The position numbers and the translations under genes were made by a program. A DNA stretch of 64,000 nucleotides from the NCBI GenBank assembly GCA_023898345.1, contig CP060218.1, positions 120,753 to 184,752 on the forward strand, read 5' to 3'. The DNA comes from Candidatus Woesearchaeota archaeon. Its GTDB lineage: Archaea; Nanobdellota; Nanobdellia; Woesearchaeales; UBA583. This document shows positions 47,065-56,843 of this stretch, piece by piece. A model generated the notes under the pieces. It had not been told where the DNA came from and did no database searches. It saw nothing but the letters and a program-made list of their open reading frames with translations. Position 1 is the stretch's first letter; the number at the start of each line of letters is the position of its first letter.

Positions 47065-47988
47065 TCACTCTTGAAAATATTTCAAGACTTCTTCTTTATA
47101 TTTTTGAATAAAAAGAATTTCTCCTTCGTGACTAAATTGCAAATCTTTTTTCTTTTCAGAGAGGGTTTGTGTTGCTTTGTCATATTCCCAAATTTTATGA
47201 TTTTTGAACAAGAGATTTTCAAGGGATATTCTTTCTTTTTCTAACATTTCGTCTAGTGAAAATTCAATCAAGGCTGAGACTTCGCCTTCTTTTTTTTCTT
47301 TTTCTAGTTTTTTGCAATGTTTGAGGAAGGCTTCTAGAATTTCTTTTTTGTTAGTAGGGAGTTTTTTAAAATAAAGGAGTCTGATGCATCCACATTCTTT
47401 TTCTTCATTAAATCCGAGACATTTTATCTTTTCAAATTCTTTTAAGGTGTAGCCTACTTCTTCTGAGCTTTCATCTTCGAGGCATGCAAAAAATGGATTT
47501 TTTTTACTGAGGTGCTTTTCTTCAAGGCCGCCACCTGCAAGTTGGAGGAGAACTTTTCCAGTGCCTACTGTTTTTCCTCCTCTGAGCTGTGAGAGGAAAA
47601 TAATTTTTCCATCTTCTTCTCTTTTGTATGCAATTAGGATGGCAACTTGGATGATATTTGGAGAAATTTTTGTAAGGTTTTCTGTACTTATTTTGTTGCT
47701 GAGTTCAATGGTTGCAAGTCTGTATGAGTATCTTATAGGCATAATTTCTATATTGACGGCATTTTCATTCATTTCTCCTATAAAACATGTACTCATCCCA
47801 TCAAAGAATGGGGTATTTTGTTCTCTTGCTTCTTCTTCTGTTTTTGGTAATTTAGAAAATGCTTCTTCTCTTATTTTGCAGAGTTTCGGATCGAGTTTAT
47901 ATTTCCCGAGAGAATCTTTATTTCTTTCTTCTTTTCTTATTTTTATTTTCCAGTTTTTTTCTTCTGGGGCTAAAAGAGCTGTTTCCAT
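47065..47988 (-). CDS. hypothetical protein (weak Nudix-box-like segment)
   Basis: GGGLEEKHLSKKNPFFACLEDESSEEVGY loosely resembles GX5EX7REUXEEXGU. Not a confident call. Confidence 0.4.
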   Translation of the reverse strand: METALLAPEEKNWKIKIRKEERNKDSLGKYKLDPKLCKIREEAFSKLPKTEEEAREQNTPFFDGMSTCFIGEMNENAVNIEIMPIRYSYRLATIELSNKISTENLTKISPNIIQVAILIAYKREEDGKIIFLSQLRGGKTVGTGKVLLQLAGGGLEEKHLSKKNPFFACLEDESSEEVGYTLKEFEKIKCLGFNEEKECGCIRLLYFKKLPTNKKEILEAFLKHCKKLEKEKKEGEVSALIEFSLDEMLEKERISLENLLFKNHKIWEYDKATQTLSEKKKDLQFSHEGEILFIQKYKEEVLKYFQE

Positions 47989-48094
47989 TATTGTTTCTTT
48001 GTTCGCATTATATTATAAAGTCTTCTTTTTCAGGTGTTTGTGTATTTGTTTTATTTTTCCCCTTAAACATATAAACAAAGCTTTGTTAGTAAAA

Positions 48095-49465
48095 ATGATG
48101 GTTGTACAGCGTCAACGTAGGAGGGAAGAAATGGAACTTCTTATGCCTGCAGGCTCACTCGAAAAGGCAAAGTATGCTATAGCATTTGGAGCTGATGCTT
48201 TGTACTGTGGAATTCCTATGTTTACTTTACGTGGAAAGTCAAGTATGAGTATGAATGATTTGCGAGAACTTATGCCTTATGCAAGAGAGCGTAATGTTAA
48301 AGTTTATTTTGCCGTGAATATTTTTCCTCATTCTTTCAAATATGAACAATTTCTTAAAGATATGAAAATTATGGTTGAAGAACTGAGGCCTGATGCTTTT
48401 ATTATGGCAGATCCTGGGCTTATTGATTTAACTCAGGAACATTTTCCCCAAGCTGAGATTCATCTGTCTGTGCAGGCAAATAATGTAAACTGGATGAGTG
48501 TACGTTTTTGGCAGAGGCGAGGTTTGACGCGAGTTGTGCTTGCAAGGGAGCTTACTCTTCCTGAGGTTCAACTTATTCACAAAATGGTGCCGGAAATGGA
48601 ACTTGAATTTTTCATTCATGGTTCAAACTGCATGGCTTACTCTGGGCGCTGCCTGCTTTCAAATTATATGAATTACAGAGATTCAAACCAAGGGGTGTGT
48701 AATAATGCTTGTCGTTTCAAGTATAAGGCTTACAAGTCTGACAATCCTGAGTACATAGAGCCTTTACAGAGCGCAGCGTACAAAGAAGTAGAAAAAGGAA
48801 CGTATTTTGTAGAAGAACAATTACGAAAGGGGGAACTTTATGAAGTGCAGGAGGACGAAACTGGAACGTATATTTTTAATTCAAAAGATAATTGTATGGC
48901 AGAGCACATAGAAAAATTGTATGATGCTGGAGTGTGTTCGTTCAAAGTGGAGGGGCGAACAAAGTCTGTGTACTATGCTGGTATTGTCGCACGAACATAC
49001 AGAAAAATTTTTGATCAGATTCTCAATGGGGGAGAACCTGATATTGACTGGGCTATTCATGAATTAAACACAACATCAAATAGGGGTTTCATACCCGGAT
49101 TTTTAGAGGGCAATCCAAAAGAAAATTCAATAGATTATGAAAAGAAAACTTCACATCAAACACATCTTTTTGCGGGGATTGTAAGAAAGGTTCATTCTAG
49201 TAGTGACAAAGAATCCCTCATTGAAATCGAACCTCGCTCAAAGTTTGAACGTGGCGATGAACTTGAATTTGTCATGCCTTTTCCGAGGGAAATTGAGAAC
49301 TGGAAGGTTGATGCTTTGTACAAGTCTGTAACAGACGGAGAAAATAAAGAATTAGAAAGTGTTTCAGGAGGACTCGAACACAATGTTCTTCTCAAAGTTC
49401 CTTTCAAAGTAGAAGATGAATTTTGTTTGATTCGTCGCAAGCTCAAAGATGGCGAACAGACCTGA
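48095..49465 (+). CDS. peptidase U32 family protein
   Basis: ELLMPAGSLEKAKYAIAFGADALYCG and the U32 signature EFFIHGSNCMAYSGRCLLS. catataaac is centred ~24 nt upstream of the ATG at 48095. The track ORF start (47561) is an antisense run-on. Confidence 0.85.
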   Translation: MMVVQRQRRREEMELLMPAGSLEKAKYAIAFGADALYCGIPMFTLRGKSSMSMNDLRELMPYARERNVKVYFAVNIFPHSFKYEQFLKDMKIMVEELRPDAFIMADPGLIDLTQEHFPQAEIHLSVQANNVNWMSVRFWQRRGLTRVVLARELTLPEVQLIHKMVPEMELEFFIHGSNCMAYSGRCLLSNYMNYRDSNQGVCNNACRFKYKAYKSDNPEYIEPLQSAAYKEVEKGTYFVEEQLRKGELYEVQEDETGTYIFNSKDNCMAEHIEKLYDAGVCSFKVEGRTKSVYYAGIVARTYRKIFDQILNGGEPDIDWAIHELNTTSNRGFIPGFLEGNPKENSIDYEKKTSHQTHLFAGIVRKVHSSSDKESLIEIEPRSKFERGDELEFVMPFPREIENWKVDALYKSVTDGENKELESVSGGLEHNVLLKVPFKVEDEFCLIRRKLKDGEQT

Positions 49466-49479
49466 AGCTGATTTTTTTA

Positions 49480-50196
49480 TTATTCTCTTTTAGCTTTAAA
49501 ACAATATTGTTCATAACTTACTTCCTTCGACAAAATGGGGTACACATATTCCCCTTCACTTCTTGTCAAAGAAAAATCCTTTAGAGACTTCTTTTTTTTC
49601 ATCGTTCCTAGACAAAAATAAGAGTCTGGAAAACAGACTTTTCTTTTTCTTTCCTGAATAAGTTCGAGATTAGCAAAGAATGAAAGAAGTACATTTTCTC
49701 CTCTTTTTATGGCATGTTTCATTCCACTTGCAACAGAAATTTCAAGGGACACAGCAGAGTTAAATTGGAAAATCAAAGAAAATCTAGCATTTGGAATAAA
49801 AACTCTTTTCTTAATAAAAAATAAATCTAAAAAACCTGTTTTTTTCAATTCCTGATTTACATAAATTAAAAACGGAGCAGTCTTTGACGTTGTGGAATGC
49901 AAATCAATAACATAGTCAAATTTTTCTAATTCCCTTTTGATAATCTTTGTAAGATTTCCTTCACAAGACTTTGAATCCTTAGAAAAAGCTCTATTCAAGT
50001 CCTCATCAATAAAACGTTTTTTCTGAGTAAAAGCTTGAGGATGAACAAGATAAAAAGAAATTTCTCCTTTCAAGAGATGCAGTTTTTTCAATCTTCTAAA
50101 CACATTCAATGAATAACTTTCATCTCCATGAACACACGCCAAAATGGCAATCTTTGGACCAGATAATCCTGAGTCAATAGTTCGCAGTAATTTCAT
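49480..50196 (-). CDS. succinylglutamate desuccinylase/aspartoacylase (AstE/AspA) family protein
   Basis: GPKIAILACVHGDE...DLNRAF...VIDLHST pattern. The first ATG is at 50196; the track start at 50202 is a TTG. Confidence 0.68.
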   Translation of the reverse strand: MKLLRTIDSGLSGPKIAILACVHGDESYSLNVFRRLKKLHLLKGEISFYLVHPQAFTQKKRFIDEDLNRAFSKDSKSCEGNLTKIIKRELEKFDYVIDLHSTTSKTAPFLIYVNQELKKTGFLDLFFIKKRVFIPNARFSLIFQFNSAVSLEISVASGMKHAIKRGENVLLSFFANLELIQERKRKVCFPDSYFCLGTMKKKKSLKDFSLTRSEGEYVYPILSKEVSYEQYCFKAKRE

Positions 50197-50372
50197 TTTC
50201 AAAGTTTAACTTAAAAAATTTGGAAGCAAAGGAATCGAACCTTCAAATTCCCATCATGAAGAAAAGTAAAACAAAAAAATTATTGACGCCAAGAAAAAAA
50301 GAAAGAAAAAAGAGAAAAAGAATCCATAAGAACTTTCTTTTTCTTTTTTCTTATAAGTTTTCTCATTTTACA

Positions 50373-50391
50373 CAATGACGAGACAAAGCTT
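50373..50391 (+). repeat. 19-bp direct repeat, left copy (caatgacgagacaaagctt)
   Basis: Exact match to 56799-56817. The two copies bracket the AT-rich islet. Confidence 0.9.
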
Positions 50392-50510
50392 CTAACAGTG
50401 AAGTTAAGCTAAAGTATTTCTTTACATTAAATAAAATTCTTAAAAATAAACTTCTAGGTTGATTATTGAACTAAGCTAAAACATAAATAAAAATCATAAT
50501 TATTTCATTC

Positions 50511-51701
50511 ATGCTAAAAAAAATAAAAGGAGAAACAATTAACTATATTTTTGAAAAAATTGAAAAAGATAATGAAATTACCTATTTGATTAATTTACTT
50601 ATAAACGGAACAAAAATAAATGAATTCTTTGAAATGCAGGAACACAACTGCTGTATTGATGCACCTGTTTTATATCATTCTTACAAATACTTTGAGAATA
50701 AGAAGAATGGTTCTTTTAATGGGAGATTTTTTATTTTAGTTTGTGGTTGTGGAGACGCAGGGTGTGGGGGTTATTATAAGGGAGTCCTTATTTCAAAGAA
50801 CGATAAAGAAATAATGCTAAAGTTTGATGAAGATTGGCAAAAAGAACAAATAATCCTGAAACTCTCTCAAAATGAATTTAATAAAGTTAACTTGCAATTT
50901 TATGACTTTGTTAAAAATCTTCCTAAGAGTTCACAAAGCATAAATATTTCATGTTTGGGAAGTCCAAACTCCTGTTTGAACTGGATGAATAATGAGTTTA
51001 GGTGGCAACCACAAGAAAAGATAGAGAACTTCTATGAAAATAAAAGGGAAAAACTTATTGAAAAAATAAAAATAATCTTAAGAGAGTCTGAGAAAGAAGG
51101 AATTATCAGTCCAACTGAAGAAATCCTAACTTGGTATAACGAGGACGAGGGGATGGAATCTGAGGAATATTTTTCTAAAATTGCAAAATTTTTAGCAAAG
51201 CGTACAATTATGCAGAAATCAAAGTTATTAGTTGTAAAGTACAAAAAGGATGAATGTAAAGATATAAAGTGGAATTATGAGACTTTTTTACAGAACTTTT
51301 TGAATTCTTTAAGAAGAATTGATGTCCGTGTCAAAAAGATAACTCTTAACGAGAAAGAATTTGAAGATATTCTATTAAAAAAAGGGAGTGAGAAGGATGA
51401 ACTTCTTAAAAAATATTATACAAAGAATGAAAATAATTCATTACATGATGCTCTAGAAAGAAAGGATTTGAAGCTATCTGTTGAATGTTATGATAAAAAG
51501 TATGAATGTATAATAAGGAATAACTTTAACTATGTGGATATTAAACCTATCCTAAAAATATGTAATAGTATTTTAAGTGATTATGGTAATAATTCTAAAT
51601 TCGTTAAGTTAGAAGCTGAGAAAGAAGTTTTTATATTTTTGTTGAGACCAAATCAATTAACTGCTATACAAAAAATTTGGAATAATTCTAAGTCAAAATA
51701 A
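50511..51701 (+). CDS. hypothetical protein (islet orphan)
   Basis: 396-aa, Lys/Asn/Ile-rich. The only notable motif is ILVCGCGDAGCGG. Confidence 0.45.
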   Translation: MLKKIKGETINYIFEKIEKDNEITYLINLLINGTKINEFFEMQEHNCCIDAPVLYHSYKYFENKKNGSFNGRFFILVCGCGDAGCGGYYKGVLISKNDKEIMLKFDEDWQKEQIILKLSQNEFNKVNLQFYDFVKNLPKSSQSINISCLGSPNSCLNWMNNEFRWQPQEKIENFYENKREKLIEKIKIILRESEKEGIISPTEEILTWYNEDEGMESEEYFSKIAKFLAKRTIMQKSKLLVVKYKKDECKDIKWNYETFLQNFLNSLRRIDVRVKKITLNEKEFEDILLKKGSEKDELLKKYYTKNENNSLHDALERKDLKLSVECYDKKYECIIRNNFNYVDIKPILKICNSILSDYGNNSKFVKLEAEKEVFIFLLRPNQLTAIQKIWNNSKSK

Positions 51702-51924
51702 ATCTGTTACGTATGTTCATCTCCTTCAGTGAGGTTTTGGGATTGTGGGGGTAGAAGAATATTAAATTTTCGTTTGAAAAAATTCTTGGCTGTCTTTAGA
51801 CCGAGAATGAATTGGGTAGATAATTTGTACAGAAATTTTGGCGTATTCATTTGAAACTTTGTAGAATCCTCTTCTTTTAAGAATGGGGAGTCTGGATTTT
51901 CCAAAATTTCAGTCAATTGGATGC

Positions 51925-52482
51925 TTAGGGTTTCTGAGTAATATATTTTTCAAAGTTATTTTGTTCAATCATGTTTTTTAGCTTCTTTTTCAAATTTCTA
52001 TAATATGTATTTCCCTTCTCACCTTCTTTGATGTCTTTGCAGATTTGATTTATTATATTGTTTATTTCATTAATAAAAATTGAATAGAATGCATCTCTAT
52101 CTATGTTAAATATGAAGGTTGTTTGCTCTAGGGTTTTATTATCTTCAATCTTAGTGTCTCTCTTAGTTCTAATGGATACTTTCTTCTCAGGTATATTTTC
52201 AAATAGAATTCCTTGAGAACCACATCCGAAATAGTATTTTGATATATTCTTGTCTAACATACTATCGATTATATCAGTAATGCATGTATTGTAAGGAAAA
52301 TCTTCTATCATATATTTATCAAAAAAATAGTATATACTATATCCAGACTCATATCTTGATTCTTCTCTAAGTTTTTTTGGTTCCAGAAGTTCAACTTTTT
52401 TATTTATTTGGTTGGCAACTTGAGTATAAATTTTCATATCAAATTTTTTTACGTCAAATACTTCTTCAATTTGTTTTATCAT
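51925..52482 (-). CDS. hypothetical protein (islet orphan)
   Basis: 185-aa ORF; no domain recognised. Confidence 0.45.
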   Translation of the reverse strand: MIKQIEEVFDVKKFDMKIYTQVANQINKKVELLEPKKLREESRYESGYSIYYFFDKYMIEDFPYNTCITDIIDSMLDKNISKYYFGCGSQGILFENIPEKKVSIRTKRDTKIEDNKTLEQTTFIFNIDRDAFYSIFINEINNIINQICKDIKEGEKGNTYYRNLKKKLKNMIEQNNFEKYITQKP

Positions 52483-52594
52483 CTGTATTTGGGAATCTTA
52501 ATTATAATTATAATTTCTACTTATAAGAATTAATTAGATTTCTTAAAACTATGTTAGGGTTTATATATAAATAGATTTAAAACCAACTTATTAT

Positions 52595-53740
52595 ATGGTT
52601 AGAAAATCAATACCAATAATGATATTTATATTAATGATTTTTAGTATAAATAGTTCTTTTGCATTAGATACAATTGGACCTAATATTCAAATTGTAAAAA
52701 ATGAAATAACTCCTGAACCAGTTGAACCAGGAAATGACATTACATTAAAAGTAATGATAACTAATTCAGGTGATGAGTTAGCAGAAAATATTAATATTAA
52801 TCCTCAAATAACTTCTCCTTTCTATTTTAAGAAAAGTGATTTCAATAAACAAGATTTTGCAATTTGTGGTGGTTGTTCTTATGATGCTACATATTATTTA
52901 TCAGTTAACTCTGATACTATTAGTGGAACCTATCCCTTGATATTTAATATAGAATATGAAGATGGACTAACAAAAGAAGAAACAATACTTATAAAAGTAA
53001 TTGGAGTTCCAGATATTGTAATTGATTATAATAAAGAAGAAATACAATATCCTGATGAGAATTTTGAAATAAAATTATCTATTGATAATATTGGAACAGG
53101 AAATGCAAGAAATATTAAACTTAATTCATTATCAGAAGATTTTTTACTTATTGGAACCCAAACAAAAGTTATCAATGAGATAAATGCTGACAACCAAAAA
53201 GAGATTAAATTAACTTTTCAATCAAATTCAAATCTTAATTCAGGATTATATAAAATACCATTTGAAATAACATATTTAGATGAGTTAGGTAATGAATTAA
53301 CAAAAGAATATTCTGTATCAATTAACATAAAAGATACTTCATCACTTGTTTTACAAAACTTAAAAGTTGAAAATTATCAAACTAATATTTTTGATGAAAT
53401 TATAATTACCGGAATTGTAGAAAATAATGGAGAAGGAAAAGCAGAAAATGTATATGCTTATATTGAAACTAATTTAGAGGGTTATGATAAATCTTTTATT
53501 GGTTCATTAAAAGCAGATGAAGATAGTCCAATACAATTCAAATTAAAATCAACATCAAGTGGTGATTTTCCTATAAAACTTATAATTACTTATGAAGATG
53601 ACAAAGGAGTTCATACATTAGAAGAAACTTTTGAAGTTAAAGTTACAAAACCTACAAGTAGATTATATACTATAATTGGAATTGTATTGTTGTTTGGAGT
53701 ATTTATTATAGCAAGACATTATATGAAAAGAAAAAAATGA
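52595..53740 (+). CDS. CARDB/COG1361-like surface protein with signal peptide and C-terminal TM anchor
   Basis: Repeated NxG(D/E)xxAxN beta-sandwich motifs (ITNSGDELAENININ; DNIGTGNARNIKLN; ENNGEGKAENVYAY), typical of the COG1361 proteins that precede MacB-like ABC genes in archaea. Confidence 0.62.
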   Translation: MVRKSIPIMIFILMIFSINSSFALDTIGPNIQIVKNEITPEPVEPGNDITLKVMITNSGDELAENININPQITSPFYFKKSDFNKQDFAICGGCSYDATYYLSVNSDTISGTYPLIFNIEYEDGLTKEETILIKVIGVPDIVIDYNKEEIQYPDENFEIKLSIDNIGTGNARNIKLNSLSEDFLLIGTQTKVINEINADNQKEIKLTFQSNSNLNSGLYKIPFEITYLDELGNELTKEYSVSINIKDTSSLVLQNLKVENYQTNIFDEIIITGIVENNGEGKAENVYAYIETNLEGYDKSFIGSLKADEDSPIQFKLKSTSSGDFPIKLIITYEDDKGVHTLEETFEVKVTKPTSRLYTIIGIVLLFGVFIIARHYMKRKK

Positions 53741-54945
53741 AAAAAATTGACTTACACTCATTAAAAACTACATTTTTCCTTGCTTGGAAAAATATTGTTG
53801 CAAGTAAAAAGACATTAGTTGTAATTATACTTGTATTATCATTGAGTTTTTTGAGTATTACATTTTTTTCAGCAATTATTGATGGTTTAGGTTATGCCTT
53901 TGAAGATAAATCAATAAATACAATTACAGGACATTTAACTATTGAACCAAATGATGATGAAACATATATTGAAAACCCTGATGAAATAATAAAAAAAATA
54001 AGAAGACTTGATGGAGTGTATGCAAGTTCAAGAATAGAAAAAGGAGTATCTGTTACTGATATGGATACAATTGTTAGTGGTCAAGCACTTTTTGTAGATA
54101 TAAATGATGAAGATAAAGTATCAATTTTTTCAGAAAATATTATTGAAGGGATAAGACTTACTAAAAATGTTGAAGATGAGATTATTATTGGTTCAGATTT
54201 AGTTAAGAAATATGCATCAGAAGATGATAATAAAAAACGATTAGATGTAAATGTTGGAGATAAAATAACTCTGCAATTTAACAATGGAGTTTCAAAAGAA
54301 TATAAAATAAGAGGAATATATAGAACTAATTCTGCTTTTAGTGATGGGTATATTTTAATGAATAAACAAGAATATGAAAAAGTATTTAATGAAAATTCAA
54401 ATATAGCATCATCTATATTAGTTAAATTACCCCAAAGAGGATTAGAAGAAGAATATAAATACAAATTAGTAGAACTTGGTATTAATGAACAAATAAATTC
54501 TTGGGAAACTAAAATTGGTAAAATTAGACAATTTACATCATCTCTTGAAATTACTAATAAGATAACTGGTGCAATAGGTCTTATTACTACATTTGCTACA
54601 ATTTATATTATTATTTTCATTAATGTAATGACAAAAAGAAAACAAATAGGGATTTTAAAAGCAGTTGGAATTAAAAAAAATATTATACTTGGTTCATATA
54701 TAATTCAATCATTAGTTTATGCAGTATTAGGTGTTTTAGTTGGAATTATAATTATTAAAATTTTAATGTTGTATTTTGCATCAAATCCTTTGAAGATGCC
54801 AATTGGTGATGTTTACCCATTAATTGATTTAAATAAATTACTTGTAGCATCAGCATCAATTATAGTTGCATCACTTATGGCTGGATATTTTCCTTCAAAG
54901 AAAGCAACAGAAGATAATATTTTAGATGCAATATTTGGTGGTTAA
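53737..54945 (+). CDS. ABC transporter permease (FtsX/MacB-like)
   Basis: N-terminal TM, a large extracytoplasmic domain and a C-terminal FtsX-type 3-TM bundle (RKQIGILKAVGIKK). 4-nt overlap with the upstream gene. Confidence 0.85.
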   Translation: MKKIDLHSLKTTFFLAWKNIVASKKTLVVIILVLSLSFLSITFFSAIIDGLGYAFEDKSINTITGHLTIEPNDDETYIENPDEIIKKIRRLDGVYASSRIEKGVSVTDMDTIVSGQALFVDINDEDKVSIFSENIIEGIRLTKNVEDEIIIGSDLVKKYASEDDNKKRLDVNVGDKITLQFNNGVSKEYKIRGIYRTNSAFSDGYILMNKQEYEKVFNENSNIASSILVKLPQRGLEEEYKYKLVELGINEQINSWETKIGKIRQFTSSLEITNKITGAIGLITTFATIYIIIFINVMTKRKQIGILKAVGIKKNIILGSYIIQSLVYAVLGVLVGIIIIKILMLYFASNPLKMPIGDVYPLIDLNKLLVASASIIVASLMAGYFPSKKATEDNILDAIFGG

Positions 54946-54947
54946 AA

Positions 54948-55655
54948 ATGAAAAATAATAATATTATAATTAAAGCAAATAATCTTGAAAGAGTATATGA
55001 TAATGGTAAAATTAAAACTATTGCTCTAAAAGATGTAAGTTTAGAAATTAATGAAGGTGAATTTGTAGCAATTATGGGACCAAGTGGAAGTGGGAAATCA
55101 ACAATTTTACACCAATTAGGATTACTTGATAATCCAACAAATGGTAAATTGATAATTGATAATGATAATGTATTAGAATTAAATGAAGAACAAAGAACAA
55201 GATTTAGATTAGAGAAATTAGGTTATGTGTTTCAATCATATAATTTAATTCCTGAACTTACAACAATTGAAAATGTATATGTTACTGCAATGGCACTTGG
55301 TGTTTCAAAAGAAGAATATATTAAAAATGCAATGGAAGTTTTGAAAAATGTTGGTCTTGAAAATAGAGAATATCATCTACCTTCTGAATTATCAGGTGGT
55401 CAGCAACAAAGAGTTAGTATTGCAAGAGCATTAGTAAATAAACCTAAAATATTATTCGCTGATGAACCAACAGCAAATCTTGATAGGGATAGTTCAGATA
55501 ATATTGTAAATTTATTTAGAAAATTAAACAAAGACTTTGGTCAAACAATTGTTATGGTAACTCACGAACTTGAAGAAGGTGAAAAAGCAGATAGGATTAT
55601 TTGGGTCAAAGATGGATTATTAGATAAAGATAGAATTAAAAAGAATAAACATTAG
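54948..55655 (+). CDS. ABC transporter ATP-binding protein (MacB/LolD-like)
   Basis: Walker A GPSGSGKST, Q-loop, signature LSGGQQQRVSIARAL, Walker B ILFADEPT, H-loop VTHE. Confidence 0.93.
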   Translation: MKNNNIIIKANNLERVYDNGKIKTIALKDVSLEINEGEFVAIMGPSGSGKSTILHQLGLLDNPTNGKLIIDNDNVLELNEEQRTRFRLEKLGYVFQSYNLIPELTTIENVYVTAMALGVSKEEYIKNAMEVLKNVGLENREYHLPSELSGGQQQRVSIARALVNKPKILFADEPTANLDRDSSDNIVNLFRKLNKDFGQTIVMVTHELEEGEKADRIIWVKDGLLDKDRIKKNKH

Positions 55656-55667
55656 AGTATATTAAAG

Positions 55668-56279
55668 ATGAGTAATTTAAAGTATATTAAACTTCAAGTT
55701 GAAATACCTAAAAGTATTTGGATATATAAGATTAGTAAAGAGTTCCCAGAAGAAATTATTACTTTAAATTACTCTAACCCATTATCTGAAACAAGAAGAC
55801 AAGTATTTTTATCAACAATTTCAAAGAAAAGTATCAAAGAAATTTATTTTAAACTTAATAAAGAAAAACAAATAAAAGATTTAGAAATGTTTGGAGATAA
55901 TATAAAATTAATTTTCCAACTTAATTTTTTACAAAAGATTATACATCAAAAACTAACTATAATATTTCCAGTTACTATTCACGATGGTTATGCTACAATA
56001 GAAATCTTTGCTGATGAAAGTCAAATAAAATTATTTGAAAAAGTATTTGGAAAGATTAAGATATTAAAAATCTCTGATGAAATTAATAAAAAGGAAAACT
56101 TAACATTAAAACAAAAAGAAATTTTAGAAACTGCTTATATGCTCGGGTTTTTTTCATATCCAAGAAAAATTTCATTAACACAGCTTGCAAAACATCTTAA
56201 AATATCAAAAGCAACCTTATCAGAAAATTTAAGAGTTGCTGAAAATAAAATTATCTCTAATTTATTTTTAGAAAAATAG
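55668..56279 (+). CDS. HTH_10 (Bat-type) DNA-binding protein
   Basis: C-terminal LTLKQKEILETAYMLGFFSYPRKISLTQLAKHLKISKATLSENLRVAENKII matches the archaeal HTH_10 pattern. Confidence 0.7.
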   Translation: MSNLKYIKLQVEIPKSIWIYKISKEFPEEIITLNYSNPLSETRRQVFLSTISKKSIKEIYFKLNKEKQIKDLEMFGDNIKLIFQLNFLQKIIHQKLTIIFPVTIHDGYATIEIFADESQIKLFEKVFGKIKILKISDEINKKENLTLKQKEILETAYMLGFFSYPRKISLTQLAKHLKISKATLSENLRVAENKIISNLFLEK

Positions 56280-56629
56280 TTTTTTCTGCAAAACTACTAA
56301 GGCTCAAGCTAAGGTTATTTGGGATTTTTGCCCCAGTTTATAAATAACAGAGCTAAAATATATAAATTAATTGTTATTGACCATTAGTATTACTATAAAA
56401 GCACTTTGCTTTAATAGGCAAAAATTAGGGGGAATTTAATTTAATGAGTTAATCATTAATTATTATTTAATTATTGTGGATTTCAAAAAATTAGCGATAC
56501 CAAAATTTATTTACTAACTTTTGGCATCTGAGGATGTTTTTCTAAACACTCTTTGAAAATTTTGAAGGTTTTTCTATAATTCTCTATAAAATTTTTACCT
56601 CTAAAATTCTTATTTCTTTAACTAAGTAT

Positions 56630-56684
56630 TATACTACTGTGCTCTGCTCCGCTTGGGACATGCATGTTTAAGTGCTTTATTTAC
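56630..56684 (-). repeat. repeated intergenic element, copy C (inverted, shortened)
   Basis: The reverse complement gtaaataaagcacttaaacatgcATGtcccaagcggagcagagcacag aligns with copies A and B, with a 6-nt gap after the ATGTCC. Confidence 0.45.
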
Positions 56685-56798
56685 ATTCCGAATGAATACA
56701 CATAGGTGGCCATTCCCTCAGCTACGAAGAAGGAGAAGGATTTTCAACATTAGAGTACTTACCTCTAAAGTCTTCTCTTACGGAGATTTATGGGGGGT

Positions 56799-56817
56799 CA
56801 ATGACGAGACAAAGCTT
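56799..56817 (+). repeat. 19-bp direct repeat, right copy (caatgacgagacaaagctt)
   Basis: Exact match to 50373-50391. It overlaps the first bases of the cysS TATA box. Confidence 0.9.
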
Positions 56818-56823
56818 ATAAAG
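56815..56823 (+). promoter_or_regulatory. archaeal TATA box of cysS
   Basis: cttataaag centred ~25 nt upstream of the ATG at 56844. Confidence 0.5.
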
Positions 56824-56843
56824 ACTCTCTCTTTGCAAGAATT

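Larger units (their letters stand above)
50392..56798. other. AT-rich accessory islet (about 6.4 kb) bounded by 19-bp direct repeats
   Basis: Hand count of line 52981-53040 gives 13/60 GC, against 24/60 for core line 16001-16060. It sits between the divergent core genes at 49480..50196 and cysS. Confidence 0.65.

Noticed and set aside
47561-48094. Long N-terminal extensions of track ORFs (47561 for the U32 peptidase; also 31141, 34000, 38056, 18482, 25179, 26658, 9267, 7413)
   Set aside because: The extensions overlap neighbouring genes or repeats, encode low-complexity hydrophobic sequence, often begin at TTG or GTG, and are contradicted by TATA boxes and conserved N-terminal motifs at internal ATGs.
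50221-50260. tRNA 3' half (minus strand gaaggttcgattcctttgcttcca: T-arm plus acceptor-like) next to the islet, as a possible att site in a tRNA gene
   Set aside because: I could not fold a matching 5' acceptor strand, D-arm or anticodon arm upstream. The 19-bp direct repeat that brackets the islet does not overlap this fragment. At most it is a decayed tRNA remnant; tRNAscan-SE or ARAGORN should be run.
50392-56798. Integrase, recombinase, Rep or transposase inside the AT-rich islet
   Set aside because: None of the six ORFs shows tyrosine/serine recombinase, DDE, HUH or Rep motifs by eye. The two orphans remain unassigned, so this is a negative by-eye result, not proof of absence.
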